Below, in pieces: positions 1 through 9,006 of a stretch of 25,893 nt of DNA. The DNA comes from a virus: the IMG/VR virus record IMGVR_UViG_3300017528_000451. One strand, written 5' to 3'. The translations under genes and the position numbers were made by a program. Within the stretch, counting starts at the first letter, position 1, and every line of letters begins with the position of its first letter. Under the pieces are notes generated by a model. It saw only the letters and a list, made by a program, of their open reading frames with translations. It had not been told where the DNA came from and searched no databases.

Positions 1-1112
1 ACTAAGGCGAATTGATGATGGTTGCAGTTTATGTAGAATGGCTCTATGGGATGTATTTGCAGCCCTAAGATAGGATGCTGAGGAACAATGATTTGAGCAT
101 TCTCCCCCATTCCCTTAATTGCTTGCAGAATACTATCCGCACGAGCACACACCATTACATCCTCTGTACCCATGGATCGAGTCATTGGAATAGTTCCTTG
201 GTACAGTACCCTGTACTGATTAGGAACTCTATCATTTACTCCGTAGCTGGTACATACTAATCCAGCAGCTGTAGTGTTGAGACATACTACAGGCTTCTCG
301 TTTTGATCTACCCCCGTTATAGTATGCTCAAGCACGGACTCGAACTGGGCGTTGTTAACTACAAACCCAATAGAGTTGGGTGTTACAGGGGGCCTTGGAT
401 CTTTATAATCATCCATAGGTCCGTATCTTGGCTTGCTCCAAAAGAATAACTCCCCTCCGTCATCTAGCTCTACTCGTACTCCGAAGATGGCAGATTTCTT
501 TGCGATTCCCATCTGCACTTCCGCAACATAGGGAGTACGGAGTATTGAATACAAGGAAACTGCAGAGTCGTATCCTAGTAGTCTTGGAGATGTTGTGACT
601 ATCGGCATTCCGGTCTGAATCAACATGAGATGACCATTGGTTGTGATCATCTCATTGTTATGGAAGATTATTCCAAAGTAGTCATTTATGGCCTTCGAGA
701 GATCTGGGCGCAGTAGATAGCCTAAGACTTCCTTCAACTGTTGTGGATCGAAGGCGGTTCCATCTTTGCCCTTAAAGCTACGCTCTATAAGATCTTCTTC
801 CCACCCTAAGGGTTGCGCGTACCCAGGCACTTCGAACTTAGATTCGGTTTTACTTGCCAGTAATCTAATTAGTTCCTCAGGCTTGAAGTAAGCCTTATCC
901 TCGTCCCCTAGATACTCAAACACTGCGGTGAGGTAGTTAGCAGTTATTGACTCTGAGTATCGCCTACCATCCCCATGGCCAAAGATCCTTAAGGAATCCT
1001 GGTGAGACACCATCCTAGCGACCTTCGTTTGTAGCTCAACGAAAGCTCTTAATACTTTGGATAAATGATCTCGGTCAGTAGGTAGTTTGGTCAGGTCAAA
1101 GTTCTCCATCAT
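1..1112 (-). CDS. DNA polymerase sliding clamp (beta-clamp, DnaN-like), partial; the C-terminus runs off the window start
   Basis: Manual minus-strand translation; the ORF track omits it because there is no in-frame stop inside the window. ATG at 1112..1110 (rc of cat) is preceded by tagAGGAatta. The frame stays open for about 370 codons down to position 3. Motifs NDYFGIIFHNNEMITTNGHLMLI (cf. E. coli beta RYYLNGMLF...VATDGHRLAV) and PMDDYKDPRPP (cf. RFPDYRRVLP) fall at matching spacings. The E. coli sequence is from memory. Confidence 0.55.
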   Translation of the reverse strand, partial: MMENFDLTKLPTDRDHLSKVLRAFVELQTKVARMVSHQDSLRIFGHGDGRRYSESITANYLTAVFEYLGDEDKAYFKPEELIRLLASKTESKFEVPGYAQPLGWEEDLIERSFKGKDGTAFDPQQLKEVLGYLLRPDLSKAINDYFGIIFHNNEMITTNGHLMLIQTGMPIVTTSPRLLGYDSAVSLYSILRTPYVAEVQMGIAKKSAIFGVRVELDDGGELFFWSKPRYGPMDDYKDPRPPVTPNSIGFVVNNAQFESVLEHTITGVDQNEKPVVCLNTTAAGLVCTSYGVNDRVPNQYRVLYQGTIPMTRSMGTEDVMVCARADSILQAIKGMGENAQIIVPQHPILGLQIHPIEPFYINCNHHQFAL

Positions 1113-1136
1113 TAATTCCTCTAGTCACTTATCTCC

Positions 1137-3302
1137 TCAGTGCCGGAGGAAACCTACAAACTGAGTTATGACCATTTCAAGAAGTGCCTGACCTACCAAG
1201 TCTGCTCGTACTCGCTTCCAAAAGGTTTGGGGGCCAAACATCTCATACGCATCTTTTTCAGTGATTTCGTTGCCTAGTATAGTGGTGTAGATCTTAACTC
1301 CCTTGCTTCGGGCAGTATCCACTTCCTTTCTAACTGCGCGCATCAAATGTTCCTTTGGGACACCCCCATCCAACTTGAATTGAGTTGGATTTCCATCAGT
1401 CAGTAGGAAGATCCTCTTTTCCATGCCAGAAGACACGCTAGAGTTAAGATACTTAACTGCTAGATGGATCGCTGTTGGTGTAGGGGTCATTCCTCCGCAC
1501 TTCACAGGGATTTTGTCCCGAGGGAAGCCTCCTGAACCGTGTGTCTCTACTTCCCTGGCGAAATACCCCTCACATTCTCTATTGTATTTGTATATCCAGA
1601 TCTCTCCGCCCTTAGTGGCTGCCAAAAGCTTCTCTCTCATTAGGACGTAGTTTTCTGATCCCATGCCTATAGCTCCACGGAATCCCCACAGATGACCTTT
1701 GACAAATGGATAGTCCAGTGCCTTCTTTAACATCTCCGATCCGAGGCATACGTAGTTAAAAGGCACACCATCCATCGAATCGGACATGTCACAAAGTGTG
1801 AGATAGGCAAAGCCTTTAGTAAGCCCTTCATCCTCAAATATCTCATCGTTTTGGCCATCCAATCTATATTGGATTAGCGCCTGGATATTGATCTCGTCTC
1901 CATCCTCTACTAAACGAGTAATCTTCTTGCCAATGAACTTAGCAAACACAGCTCGCATTCGGGTTATATCCGCTTCTTGTTCCTGACCTAGGATGATTCT
2001 TGATTCTGGGATGATATGCTCAGGCAATACATCAGCTATTAATACGTTCTCGGTATTGCTCAACAGATACTGGTTCTGTGTAAGGTCTCCCCCATCGGAT
2101 TGCTGAAGAGTCTTAACAGTCTCTTCCATCTCTCCATCTATGGGACGGCGTAGTCCTTGAGGATCAAAATCTGGAATCTCTTGTTTCTTTAACTCATCAA
2201 CCCTAATATTCATTATCTTAGATAGCGACTCTTCTTCTTGCTTCTGAAGTCGATATGCTATCTTTGATACATAATCAGCCTTATCTATGAGGTGATGGGT
2301 TTGGGCTCTGTTGAAGTCACGGAGATTCTTGTTCAGTTTCTGAACAGCCTCGTCTCGACTTTGCGCAGGTGCTAATTGCTCTGCTTCTGGAGACTCATTG
2401 CTTTGTCCAGCGGTGCCTCCTTTAGTCCCATCATCCCTATCCTTTTCTTTTTCTGATTGCTTGGGACTATTCTCTGGTGGCTTCATCAGCCGATCGATAC
2501 ACTGCTCCATAAACCATCGGACCACGAGCAGCATATTGGCTGTTCCCCTACCACGCACCGCCTCGGTAGCTTTCTTTGCCACAGGAACTAGGTCGAAGAA
2601 TGGACCAGGTCCGATCCTTGTGGATTCTAAAGCTACCCCAAACAACCAAGTTATAAAGTTGGTGTTTATATCGGAAGCTGCGTTATTACACTCCCTCCAC
2701 CGGTTCTCTATTTCACTAGCTGACCCAGGATAAACTAGGTTCCAAAGACTATGTACTCGAACATCATCGAAGACACCGATAATCAATGCTAGGAGTGGAG
2801 CTACTTCGTAGGAGCCATAATGATTGGCGTATAGCTGAATGAACTTGTCGAACATTGCCGGGGAAGATTTGAATATGATGTGGCTCCACTCATGCTCAAA
2901 ACTTCGGTAGGCATTTATCATTCCACATCGATAACAAACCGCTTCCACGCCCAAATTATTCGATGTGATGCGATGCCCTCCCTGCTGAATCCTATGTTCA
3001 TGGCCACAAGCTAACTCACGTCCACGACCCTCTACATAAACTACCGGCTGCACAACTACTTGCCCAAAGTTCACCCAGATGACCCCATTTATGTTGGTCT
3101 TAGATATAGGCCCTTCCTTAATTTGGATGTCCTTCTTGAAAAGTCCATTGAAGATCTTGTTTGTTTTGTAGAATATATCCTTGCTGGGTAAATCTACTTC
3201 TATGTCTAATAGACTAGACTGCGGACCTGGCGCTGTTCCACTTCTCTTTGACTTTTGGGGATCCGGAGAAGGTAGAGCTGATTCTGGAGGCAATGAGGTC
3301 AT
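1137..3302 (-). CDS. cobT: von Willebrand factor A domain protein, cobaltochelatase CobT-like
   Basis: C-terminal vWA/MIDAS motifs LTLCDMSDSMDG and RIFLLTDGNPT match the CobT DNSGSM...ISDGAP pattern. A central acidic Ser/Glu/Asp-rich linker and a length of 721 aa fit CobT. It lies immediately downstream of the CobS-like ATPase. The N-terminal 30 codons overlap the upstream gene by 89 bp; the start at 3302 has AAGGTAAGGA upstream. Confidence 0.6.
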   Translation of the reverse strand: MTSLPPESALPSPDPQKSKRSGTAPGPQSSLLDIEVDLPSKDIFYKTNKIFNGLFKKDIQIKEGPISKTNINGVIWVNFGQVVVQPVVYVEGRGRELACGHEHRIQQGGHRITSNNLGVEAVCYRCGMINAYRSFEHEWSHIIFKSSPAMFDKFIQLYANHYGSYEVAPLLALIIGVFDDVRVHSLWNLVYPGSASEIENRWRECNNAASDINTNFITWLFGVALESTRIGPGPFFDLVPVAKKATEAVRGRGTANMLLVVRWFMEQCIDRLMKPPENSPKQSEKEKDRDDGTKGGTAGQSNESPEAEQLAPAQSRDEAVQKLNKNLRDFNRAQTHHLIDKADYVSKIAYRLQKQEEESLSKIMNIRVDELKKQEIPDFDPQGLRRPIDGEMEETVKTLQQSDGGDLTQNQYLLSNTENVLIADVLPEHIIPESRIILGQEQEADITRMRAVFAKFIGKKITRLVEDGDEINIQALIQYRLDGQNDEIFEDEGLTKGFAYLTLCDMSDSMDGVPFNYVCLGSEMLKKALDYPFVKGHLWGFRGAIGMGSENYVLMREKLLAATKGGEIWIYKYNRECEGYFAREVETHGSGGFPRDKIPVKCGGMTPTPTAIHLAVKYLNSSVSSGMEKRIFLLTDGNPTQFKLDGGVPKEHLMRAVRKEVDTARSKGVKIYTTILGNEITEKDAYEMFGPQTFWKRVRADLVGQALLEMVITQFVGFLRH

Positions 3303-4203
3303 GGTCCTTACCTTCGAATTTATGCGATAGCAGCTGAAGAGCCTCTTCGGTTCCTAGCAGAAGGAGTGTTTCCACTAAGCTGACTACATCTCTTGTAGAC
3401 AGGGTATAGTTGAAGTTTGCGTTCTTTTTATCCCTGGTCTGCGATGCTATGCTTACACACTGGCCAATGATCTCTTTGAAGGTAGCAGGGGGCATCCCCT
3501 CATGGGGCGCCACATTAGCCTCGATGATCTTTAGCTCCTGGCTTATAGTTGGATATCCAATATCGGCTTCGATCCAACGAGATCTAAAATCCTCATTGAG
3601 TTCGTATGTTCCTCCGTACACAGATGAGTTCATCATAGCTACGGTCCACAAACTAGCCCCTGGACGAAGGCGGTACGTTCTACCAATTTGAGGAATAGAC
3701 ACCGATCGTCTAAAGTCCAAAAATTCATTCAGTTGCTTTTGCGTTTGAGGAGTTAGGGCGTTTACTTCTTCAAAAGCTATGATGGCCCTACCGTATTCGT
3801 TGGCAATATCGATGGCTGTAGACATAGTACCAAGTACAAAAGGAGTGTCCCCTCCTATGATAAATGGTGTTCCTATCAGATCCTTGCTCTTCGTATTTTC
3901 ACTACATGGTTGGGTGATCAAGGGAGTTTGAGTTGCAGAAGCAAATGCAACCATGGACAGCGATTTGCCATCGCCCTTAGGACCCTTGATGAGCAGGTTC
4001 TTTCTAAATGCTAACTTTTGATATAGCGGAATTAAATTGAACACATCAACATAGGGAGGCGAGTTTTCGTACAAGTAGTCTTCTAACGGAGCGCGAACAA
4101 CATTGACACCTTGACTAGGTGTAGTAGGCGACTTTATGGCAGCTTCTAGACTAGCTCTTTGTTGAGGGTTTAATTTGCTTAGCCATTCAAACCAATCAGT
4201 CAC
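3214..4203 (-). CDS. cobS: MoxR/CobS-family AAA+ ATPase
   Basis: Walker A is LLIKGPKGDGKSL and Walker B is AIIAFEEVNAL. The downstream motif SRWIEADIGYP resembles CobS DRWSIVTTLNY (from memory). At 329 aa it is CobS-sized and paired with the vWA gene. The start is GTG at 4203 with GGAG 6 nt upstream. Confidence 0.65.
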   Translation of the reverse strand: MTDWFEWLSKLNPQQRASLEAAIKSPTTPSQGVNVVRAPLEDYLYENSPPYVDVFNLIPLYQKLAFRKNLLIKGPKGDGKSLSMVAFASATQTPLITQPCSENTKSKDLIGTPFIIGGDTPFVLGTMSTAIDIANEYGRAIIAFEEVNALTPQTQKQLNEFLDFRRSVSIPQIGRTYRLRPGASLWTVAMMNSSVYGGTYELNEDFRSRWIEADIGYPTISQELKIIEANVAPHEGMPPATFKEIIGQCVSIASQTRDKKNANFNYTLSTRDVVSLVETLLLLGTEEALQLLSHKFEGKDHDLIASRISSTFSGSPKVKEKWNSARSAV

Positions 4204-4219
4204 AAATTTCTCCTAGCAA

Positions 4220-4238
4220 AAGAACATCAACAAGATGT
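4220..4238 (-). terminator. weak AU-rich hairpin (gaacatc-aacaa-gatgttc) followed on the minus strand by UUUUGCU; possible attenuator or partial terminator between 4255..4938 and cobS
   Basis: 7-bp perfect inverted repeat seen directly. It has only 2 GC pairs and overlaps the cobS ribosome-binding region. Confidence 0.25.
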
Positions 4239-4254
4239 TCAATGACGATTTCCC

Positions 4255-4938
4255 CTACGATTTACCGACGACCCTAGCTAACGTTCCTGTGAACAATATT
4301 TGATTGACCCAATCCGATTCTAGCTCCATATTCTGAATAGCCTCATCGCATATATCTCTTAGCACTCCAAAGAACTGTTCATTTATCACCCTTTCAGGAA
4401 CATAATCACGAATGACCATGATACTAGTAGTTAGACCTTCTCGAAGCAGGTCTTGGACAGTTATATGATATCCATCAAAATAGGGAATTGTGGGATGACT
4501 AAAACTTGCCGCAAGTTTCCATTTTGCTCCAGCAATACTGGAAGACGACGATACCATCCAACCACTTTCATTTGCATGCATCCACAAGTGGCTCAACCGC
4601 TTTTCTCTCCACCATGTCCAATATCCGTCTTCATCCCTCTGCACTCGATATCCAGCCCTAGCTAGTGCACTGCACTCTTCTCTCGATAGATGATCTAATG
4701 GTCCTTCCTCTTGCCACTTAGCATGAAGTAGTGAAGCAGCACCGGGTTGTACGGCAGCTACCTTCGAAGTCTCGTTGACACATAGTCCATCGTCCATTCT
4801 AGCGCGTGCATCATAAGACGGAGCATTATCCAGAAGCCTCATAGTCATGGCCTGAAAATCACCCCTAAAGGAACGTCTGTCTTCTTCTTGGTTTTTGCGA
4901 TCCACAGAGATCCTCCTGCGAAAAAACGAATCTGCCAC
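4255..4938 (-). CDS. hypothetical protein
   Basis: 227-aa ORF with mixed composition. No motif recognised. Confidence 0.4.
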   Translation of the reverse strand: MADSFFRRRISVDRKNQEEDRRSFRGDFQAMTMRLLDNAPSYDARARMDDGLCVNETSKVAAVQPGAASLLHAKWQEEGPLDHLSREECSALARAGYRVQRDEDGYWTWWREKRLSHLWMHANESGWMVSSSSSIAGAKWKLAASFSHPTIPYFDGYHITVQDLLREGLTTSIMVIRDYVPERVINEQFFGVLRDICDEAIQNMELESDWVNQILFTGTLARVVGKS

Positions 4939-5169
4939 ATCAGATTCAAGTTCTTATCTCTTGAAGCATGGGTGGTTTGCTAATAGCAAAAAACCAGTAA
5001 ATAGTGGGAGTCTCCTGCACCTTTCGCCTCGACACCCGGGCTCAACCTCTACTCTACTGGTGGGTGATGCTCCTGGCGGTGCGTCTTCGGCGGTCGGCCG
5101 GCTTTTCAGCTCCCCGGTCTCTAGTTTCCTAGAGCCGTACTGTCTTATGCCTGTGGCTCAAGAAATTTT

Positions 5170-5664
5170 TCACTCGTCAATTTTAGAAGCATTTTGTCTA
5201 TATAGCTCGCGAACCTTAGCTAGCATCTCTGCAATAGCAGGGGGCCTCCATCCAGGAGGTTTAAGTTGCTTACCAGTGACAGGATCCTTAGGACCTCCAG
5301 CTTTAGCTAGGTTAGTTTTACATACCTCATCCCAATATGGACCGAGATCTATTCCTGTCTTCGCCATCAAATACAAAATAACGAAGATGGTATCTGCTGC
5401 CCCATCAATGATCTCTGACCAGTTATCCTCATCTATGGCTCTCATCATCTCCCCAAACTCTTCATTGAGCAGCTTGATACATAGTTGCTTGCTTTTAGCG
5501 CTCATCCATTCCCCAGGAAAACTACCAACCCCAACAGATTCCTTCTTCACAACCTCGATGAACTCATGCACCCGATCCTGTACTGCAGACATAGGGTTAC
5601 TGAGATCCATAGTCTGTAGTTGAGGCCGTCTTCGTAGTTCCTTGATAAGATCATCCATACTCAT
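5170..5664 (-). CDS. mazG: MazG-like all-alpha nucleoside triphosphate pyrophosphohydrolase
   Basis: EEFGEMMRAIDEDNW...IDGAADTIFVILYLMAKTGIDL...WDEVCKTNLAK fits the EExxE...D..ADV...GIDL...K.N..K pattern of MazG/HisE/dCTPase-type NTP-PPases. A 4-bp ATGA overlap links it to the upstream gene. Confidence 0.55.
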   Translation of the reverse strand: MSMDDLIKELRRRPQLQTMDLSNPMSAVQDRVHEFIEVVKKESVGVGSFPGEWMSAKSKQLCIKLLNEEFGEMMRAIDEDNWSEIIDGAADTIFVILYLMAKTGIDLGPYWDEVCKTNLAKAGGPKDPVTGKQLKPPGWRPPAIAEMLAKVRELYRQNASKIDE

Positions 5665-6173
5665 TTAGCAGATTTACCTTTCGTCATTTTTTGAAGCATT
5701 AGGACGAGATGATAAGGATCGACGTTCTCTATGAGCTTGAAGCGTTTTTCTATCTCCTCATAATCTGAGATAGCGGCCCAGTTACTTTTCCTATCAAAAT
5801 CTAAGGTGACTGATGGAAATCTGCCGATCTTATCGCCACCATACGAAGTAATGGTCAAACTAAAATCTAATCCTCCACGCACATCTTCCCATTCCTCAGA
5901 CTCCAATAATGCTGCAGAGATCTCTACATCCAAGTCATCAGGCTCGCCATTCTTACTTAGATGAGCCTGGTCCCGTGATACGGCGATTGCGTACTGACCA
6001 TCCTCTACTTCGAAGGGTTTGGAGCAATACCAAGAAAAACGCTTCAGCTCTTCTATTATCGGGCCAAACATGGCCCTGAGGCGATCGCTGTATTCTATCT
6101 TCAGACGATCGTAAAGTTCCATTAACTCCGGACCCTCTAGATTCGGTGCAAGATCCTCTTTCACCATGACCAC
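5661..6173 (-). CDS. hypothetical protein
   Basis: 170-aa ORF translationally coupled to neighbours on both sides. No motif recognised. Confidence 0.4.
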   Translation of the reverse strand: MVMVKEDLAPNLEGPELMELYDRLKIEYSDRLRAMFGPIIEELKRFSWYCSKPFEVEDGQYAIAVSRDQAHLSKNGEPDDLDVEISAALLESEEWEDVRGGLDFSLTITSYGGDKIGRFPSVTLDFDRKSNWAAISDYEEIEKRFKLIENVDPYHLVLMLQKMTKGKSAK

Positions 6174-7375
6174 TCTTCTCGTTTTTCGGAATCAATGGGT
6201 TCGAGGACATAGTTTTTTTGGTATAGCAGTTCCCCGGCTACTTCTTCAAGGTCTTCTTGATACCAAGGAGACTTCCAAGAAGAAGCAGCTTCATGAGCCA
6301 TGCGCGTGATGGCTGCATTGACATGCGCAACAGTATCTCCAGGTTCTAGATTCCAAGCAGATACCAAGCTGGCCAATAGCTCATCTCTAGTAAGGTGTGG
6401 TACTACGATCTTCTTTGCAGCAATGAGCCGCTTGAATGTTTCCTCAGCACCTAGTTGTGTACCGTCGTAGCGATCATGGTACATCTTGGTATAGGCTGCG
6501 CTCCAACGCTCGCCGAAACTATCTAAGGCTTTGGAAGATGCTCGAATAGCTTCTTCTACAACTTCGGCTATTTTGTTGCCTCGATGGGTTGTTCGAAATA
6601 CCAAATTTTCGTCAGCAACTAGTGTGCAATTGATGCACGCTATTCGGACCGCCTTGAACTTAATATGGTAGCCTTCTGTTCCGTTATCGGCACTGGAGAT
6701 GACGATAGCCACACGAAATGCCCGGCCCACTGAAAGCTCGTTAATATCGTATGGGTTATGAAGAACAACTTCGAAGTTAGCTCGTGACCCATCATATTTG
6801 ACCTCAGCTCTGGCATCGGCTGGGTACTTGGCAGCCTTGATAACCAAAGCAAGTTGGTCCCAGTCGAAGGCAGCGTAAGAAGTTCCAACACTTGCAAAGC
6901 ATTGGCGGAGGCTTGTAACAGAATCCGGGTTTCGTGTCCTTAGTTTTGTACTCTTCTCGCTATCCTTCATCCACGTATTCAAGTTGGTCTTCAAACGAGA
7001 GTCCATGGACTTAGGACCTAGTTTAGCAATCTGGTTCCAACTTACTGGCTCCATGATCAGTCCTACCGGTGCGCCTCTTAGTATCCCCAAGTGATCCACT
7101 GATAGATGCTTAATCTTAGTAACCATGTCGGTACGTTGTTCTGCCTTAATTCTATCGACTAAGACATCACAAGATTCCTCTACGAATGGGAGGTCATCCC
7201 ATTCCCGACGACCAGCCATAGCAGTCGTCTCTCCCATATCCAACATCTTAGTACCATGAGCAAACCAAGTCTTCGAGATATCTTCTTTGTTTAGAAAACG
7301 CTTTATTAGAGCTGCTTCTTCGTTAGACAAATTAGCAGCGATTGGATTGATGCTAACGCCTGGAATTAGGGACAT
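6161..7375 (-). CDS. hypothetical protein (404 aa)
   Basis: Long ORF with a strong SD (AAAGGTGGAG) before the ATG at 7375. Contains CINCT. No family recognised. Confidence 0.45.
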   Translation of the reverse strand: MSLIPGVSINPIAANLSNEEAALIKRFLNKEDISKTWFAHGTKMLDMGETTAMAGRREWDDLPFVEESCDVLVDRIKAEQRTDMVTKIKHLSVDHLGILRGAPVGLIMEPVSWNQIAKLGPKSMDSRLKTNLNTWMKDSEKSTKLRTRNPDSVTSLRQCFASVGTSYAAFDWDQLALVIKAAKYPADARAEVKYDGSRANFEVVLHNPYDINELSVGRAFRVAIVISSADNGTEGYHIKFKAVRIACINCTLVADENLVFRTTHRGNKIAEVVEEAIRASSKALDSFGERWSAAYTKMYHDRYDGTQLGAEETFKRLIAAKKIVVPHLTRDELLASLVSAWNLEPGDTVAHVNAAITRMAHEAASSWKSPWYQEDLEEVAGELLYQKNYVLEPIDSEKREEWSW

Positions 7376-7598
7376 GCTCCACCTTTAACATATGCGTATG
7401 ACGTTGTAGGTTATTGGCAAAGAGAAATCGACTGATTCCTCTATACAGCTACCGTTCTGCCGATTGAGTTCCAATGCCGCAGAATTGTTTCAAGAACAAA
7501 GCACACGGCCTGAAGAATAGGTCTCCAGATCGGGTTTGGATTGAAGTGATAGCTGTATGCCGCCCGTTCCTGATGGAATTGGACGGTTATAGAGAGCA

Positions 7599-7835
7599 TC
7601 AGTTGTTCCAGTTCATCTTATCGTAGTGAGCAGAGTATTTGGGATTTCCCCCTCCAACAGAAGATTTGGAGCGGCCTTCTTCTTCCGATTCGGCTGAATC
7701 GAAGACGACCTCGCCATTAGGATCATCCCCTGGCTGATATACAACTCCATCAACCAGTCCGACAAAGTGGGAATGCTCTCCGCATCTATGAAACAGCGGT
7801 AGACCTTCCACTTCTCTTTTCTTTTTCATGTCCAC
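7599..7835 (-). CDS. hypothetical small protein with an acidic C-terminal half
   Basis: 78-aa ORF located between the receiver gene and a 223-bp non-coding region. Confidence 0.3.
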   Translation of the reverse strand: MDMKKKREVEGLPLFHRCGEHSHFVGLVDGVVYQPGDDPNGEVVFDSAESEEEGRSKSSVGGGNPKYSAHYDKMNWNN

Positions 7836-7849
7836 TCCGAGAATTAGAG

Positions 7850-8221
7850 TTATACAGCTATTTGTGCAGGGGACAGGAGTTCGCGAACCATCTGAATTAG
7901 GTGTCCAGGCTTGTCGATCTTGCGAACTCCCTTAGCTTGGTGATAACCATCCAGCTCATCTACATTGCCCGTGTGAAACACGAACTTGGTAGCGAGTTCG
8001 GGGAATTCGGAAGTTATCCAAATGTACAAGCCCAGCCCGTCCAACTCGGGCATTCTGAAATCGCTGATAATGATATCCAGTTCAGCGTTCTGGGTTACTA
8101 TAACCTCAGCAGCTTCTATTCCATTAGTCGCGGTAAATACGGTATGACCGTCCCGCTCCAACATGGTTTTTGCAAATTTGATAATAGGTACATCGTCATC
8201 AACTACAAGAATCAGTGCCAT
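7850..8221 (-). CDS. stand-alone response-regulator receiver (CheY-like) domain protein
   Basis: All hallmark receiver residues are present in order: LILVVDDD (acidic pocket), IISDFRMPELDG (phospho-acceptor Asp), FHTG (Thr) and IDKPG (Lys). No output domain is attached. GGAGG lies 4 nt before the ATG. Confidence 0.65.
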   Translation of the reverse strand: MALILVVDDDVPIIKFAKTMLERDGHTVFTATNGIEAAEVIVTQNAELDIIISDFRMPELDGLGLYIWITSEFPELATKFVFHTGNVDELDGYHQAKGVRKIDKPGHLIQMVRELLSPAQIAV

Positions 8222-8265
8222 ACGGCCTCCAAAAACTGCCCAAGGGATAGGGGGGCATTCAGGGC

Positions 8266-8273
8266 CTTATACC
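8266..8273 (-). promoter_or_regulatory. GGTATAAG motif copy 1 of 4, 44 nt upstream of the receiver gene ATG
   Basis: Exact 8-mer (plus strand cttatacc) in intergenic DNA. See the finding on the recurring motif. Confidence 0.35.
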
Positions 8274-8295
8274 CCAACCTTTGGGTATATTGCGT

Positions 8296-8724
8296 CTAAT
8301 TAGGTTGATGTAGCTTATTGCCACTACCCATGTTGACTAGGTCTTTCGGAGCTATTCCGGTGGCTACCAAATCATTCATTTCACAAATGATTGCGAAATA
8401 TTCGATGTGAATATTCATAAAAGTCTCTAATTCGTGAGGTGTAAAATGCAAGCAATCTTCTTGGTCCAGCTCCTGGGTTGAGTGGCAGAACGGATCGATG
8501 CAAAAATGTGCCTGCCCGCTACCTCGACAAATGGCACAGGTCGAAGCGTAGTGTGCTCCGGAGGCTCTCCAATCTATGCTTCTCTTGATAGCCTCCGACT
8601 TAAGATTTTTTAGACGGATCGCCAATGCATACATCTCATCTTTCTTTATTCGATGAGCTAGCGCGTCTAAAATAGCGTATCTTTCCTTCAATTCCTCTGG
8701 TAGTTCTAATGGAAATGGAATCAT
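8296..8724 (-). CDS. hypothetical Cys/His-rich protein
   Basis: 142 aa. Contains the cluster CAICRGSGQAHFCIDPFCH...C.H, a possible zinc-binding site. Confidence 0.4.
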   Translation of the reverse strand: MIPFPLELPEELKERYAILDALAHRIKKDEMYALAIRLKNLKSEAIKRSIDWRASGAHYASTCAICRGSGQAHFCIDPFCHSTQELDQEDCLHFTPHELETFMNIHIEYFAIICEMNDLVATGIAPKDLVNMGSGNKLHQPN

Positions 8725-8739
8725 ATGTCCTTTATCGTA

Positions 8740-8955
8740 TTATTCGATTATAGGAATTCTGAGAGTTTTGCGCACCAATAGGTCTAGCCATTCGGGTGGC
8801 AAAGAGCGCTCTGCCGTATTCCATTTTAGAGCATAGGTCGTACACCTCTCGAAGTTCAATATCATATCCGATTGCTGGTAGTAACCTCTCCCGGTAAATT
8901 CACCTGTTCGGTCAATACGGAGCACTAATCGTCCAGAGTAGTTGTGAATTTCCAT
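8740..8955 (-). CDS. hypothetical small protein
   Basis: 71-aa ORF. A GGTATAAG motif ends 6 nt upstream of its ATG. Confidence 0.3.
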   Translation of the reverse strand: MEIHNYSGRLVLRIDRTGEFTGRGYYQQSDMILNFERCTTYALKWNTAERSLPPEWLDLLVRKTLRIPIIE

Positions 8956-8961
8956 CTATTT

Positions 8962-8969
8962 CTTATACC
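8962..8969 (-). promoter_or_regulatory. GGTATAAG motif copy 2 of 4, 6 nt upstream of the 8955 ATG and immediately after a terminator
   Basis: Exact 8-mer in intergenic DNA. Confidence 0.3.
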
Positions 8970-8974
8970 ATTTA

Positions 8975-9006
8975 AATGAGGCAAAGAAAGAAGGGACGTT
9001 CCCTTC
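8975..9006 (-). terminator. intrinsic terminator downstream of the AAA ATPase gene
   Basis: Hairpin gaaggga-cgt-tcccttc at 8990..9006 is followed on the minus strand by UUUCUUUGCCUCAUU. It lies 13 nt after the stop at 9019. Confidence 0.5.

Noticed and set aside
75-260. 61-aa plus ORF at the window start
   Set aside because: It lies inside the manually translated DnaN-like minus-strand ORF, which has recognisable clamp motifs.
336-345. tRNA T-arm-like GTTCGAGTCC (minus strand)
   Set aside because: It is embedded in the beta-clamp coding frame (encodes ...FESVLEH...). No D-arm, anticodon stem or acceptor pairing could be built around it, and no other tRNA-like T-loop motifs were seen in intergenic DNA.
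4895-5623. 242-aa plus-strand ORF
   Set aside because: It overlaps the MazG-like gene on the opposite strand and runs through the GC-rich spacer. Its composition is Ser/Leu/Pro-rich and it has no SD.
5953-6210. 85-aa alternate-frame ORF (similarly 6640..6897, 11727..11930, 13022..13258, 9123..9503, 9155..9364, 9629..9862, 22086..22292)
   Set aside because: Each lies wholly inside a longer same-strand ORF with better protein-like composition or recognised motifs.
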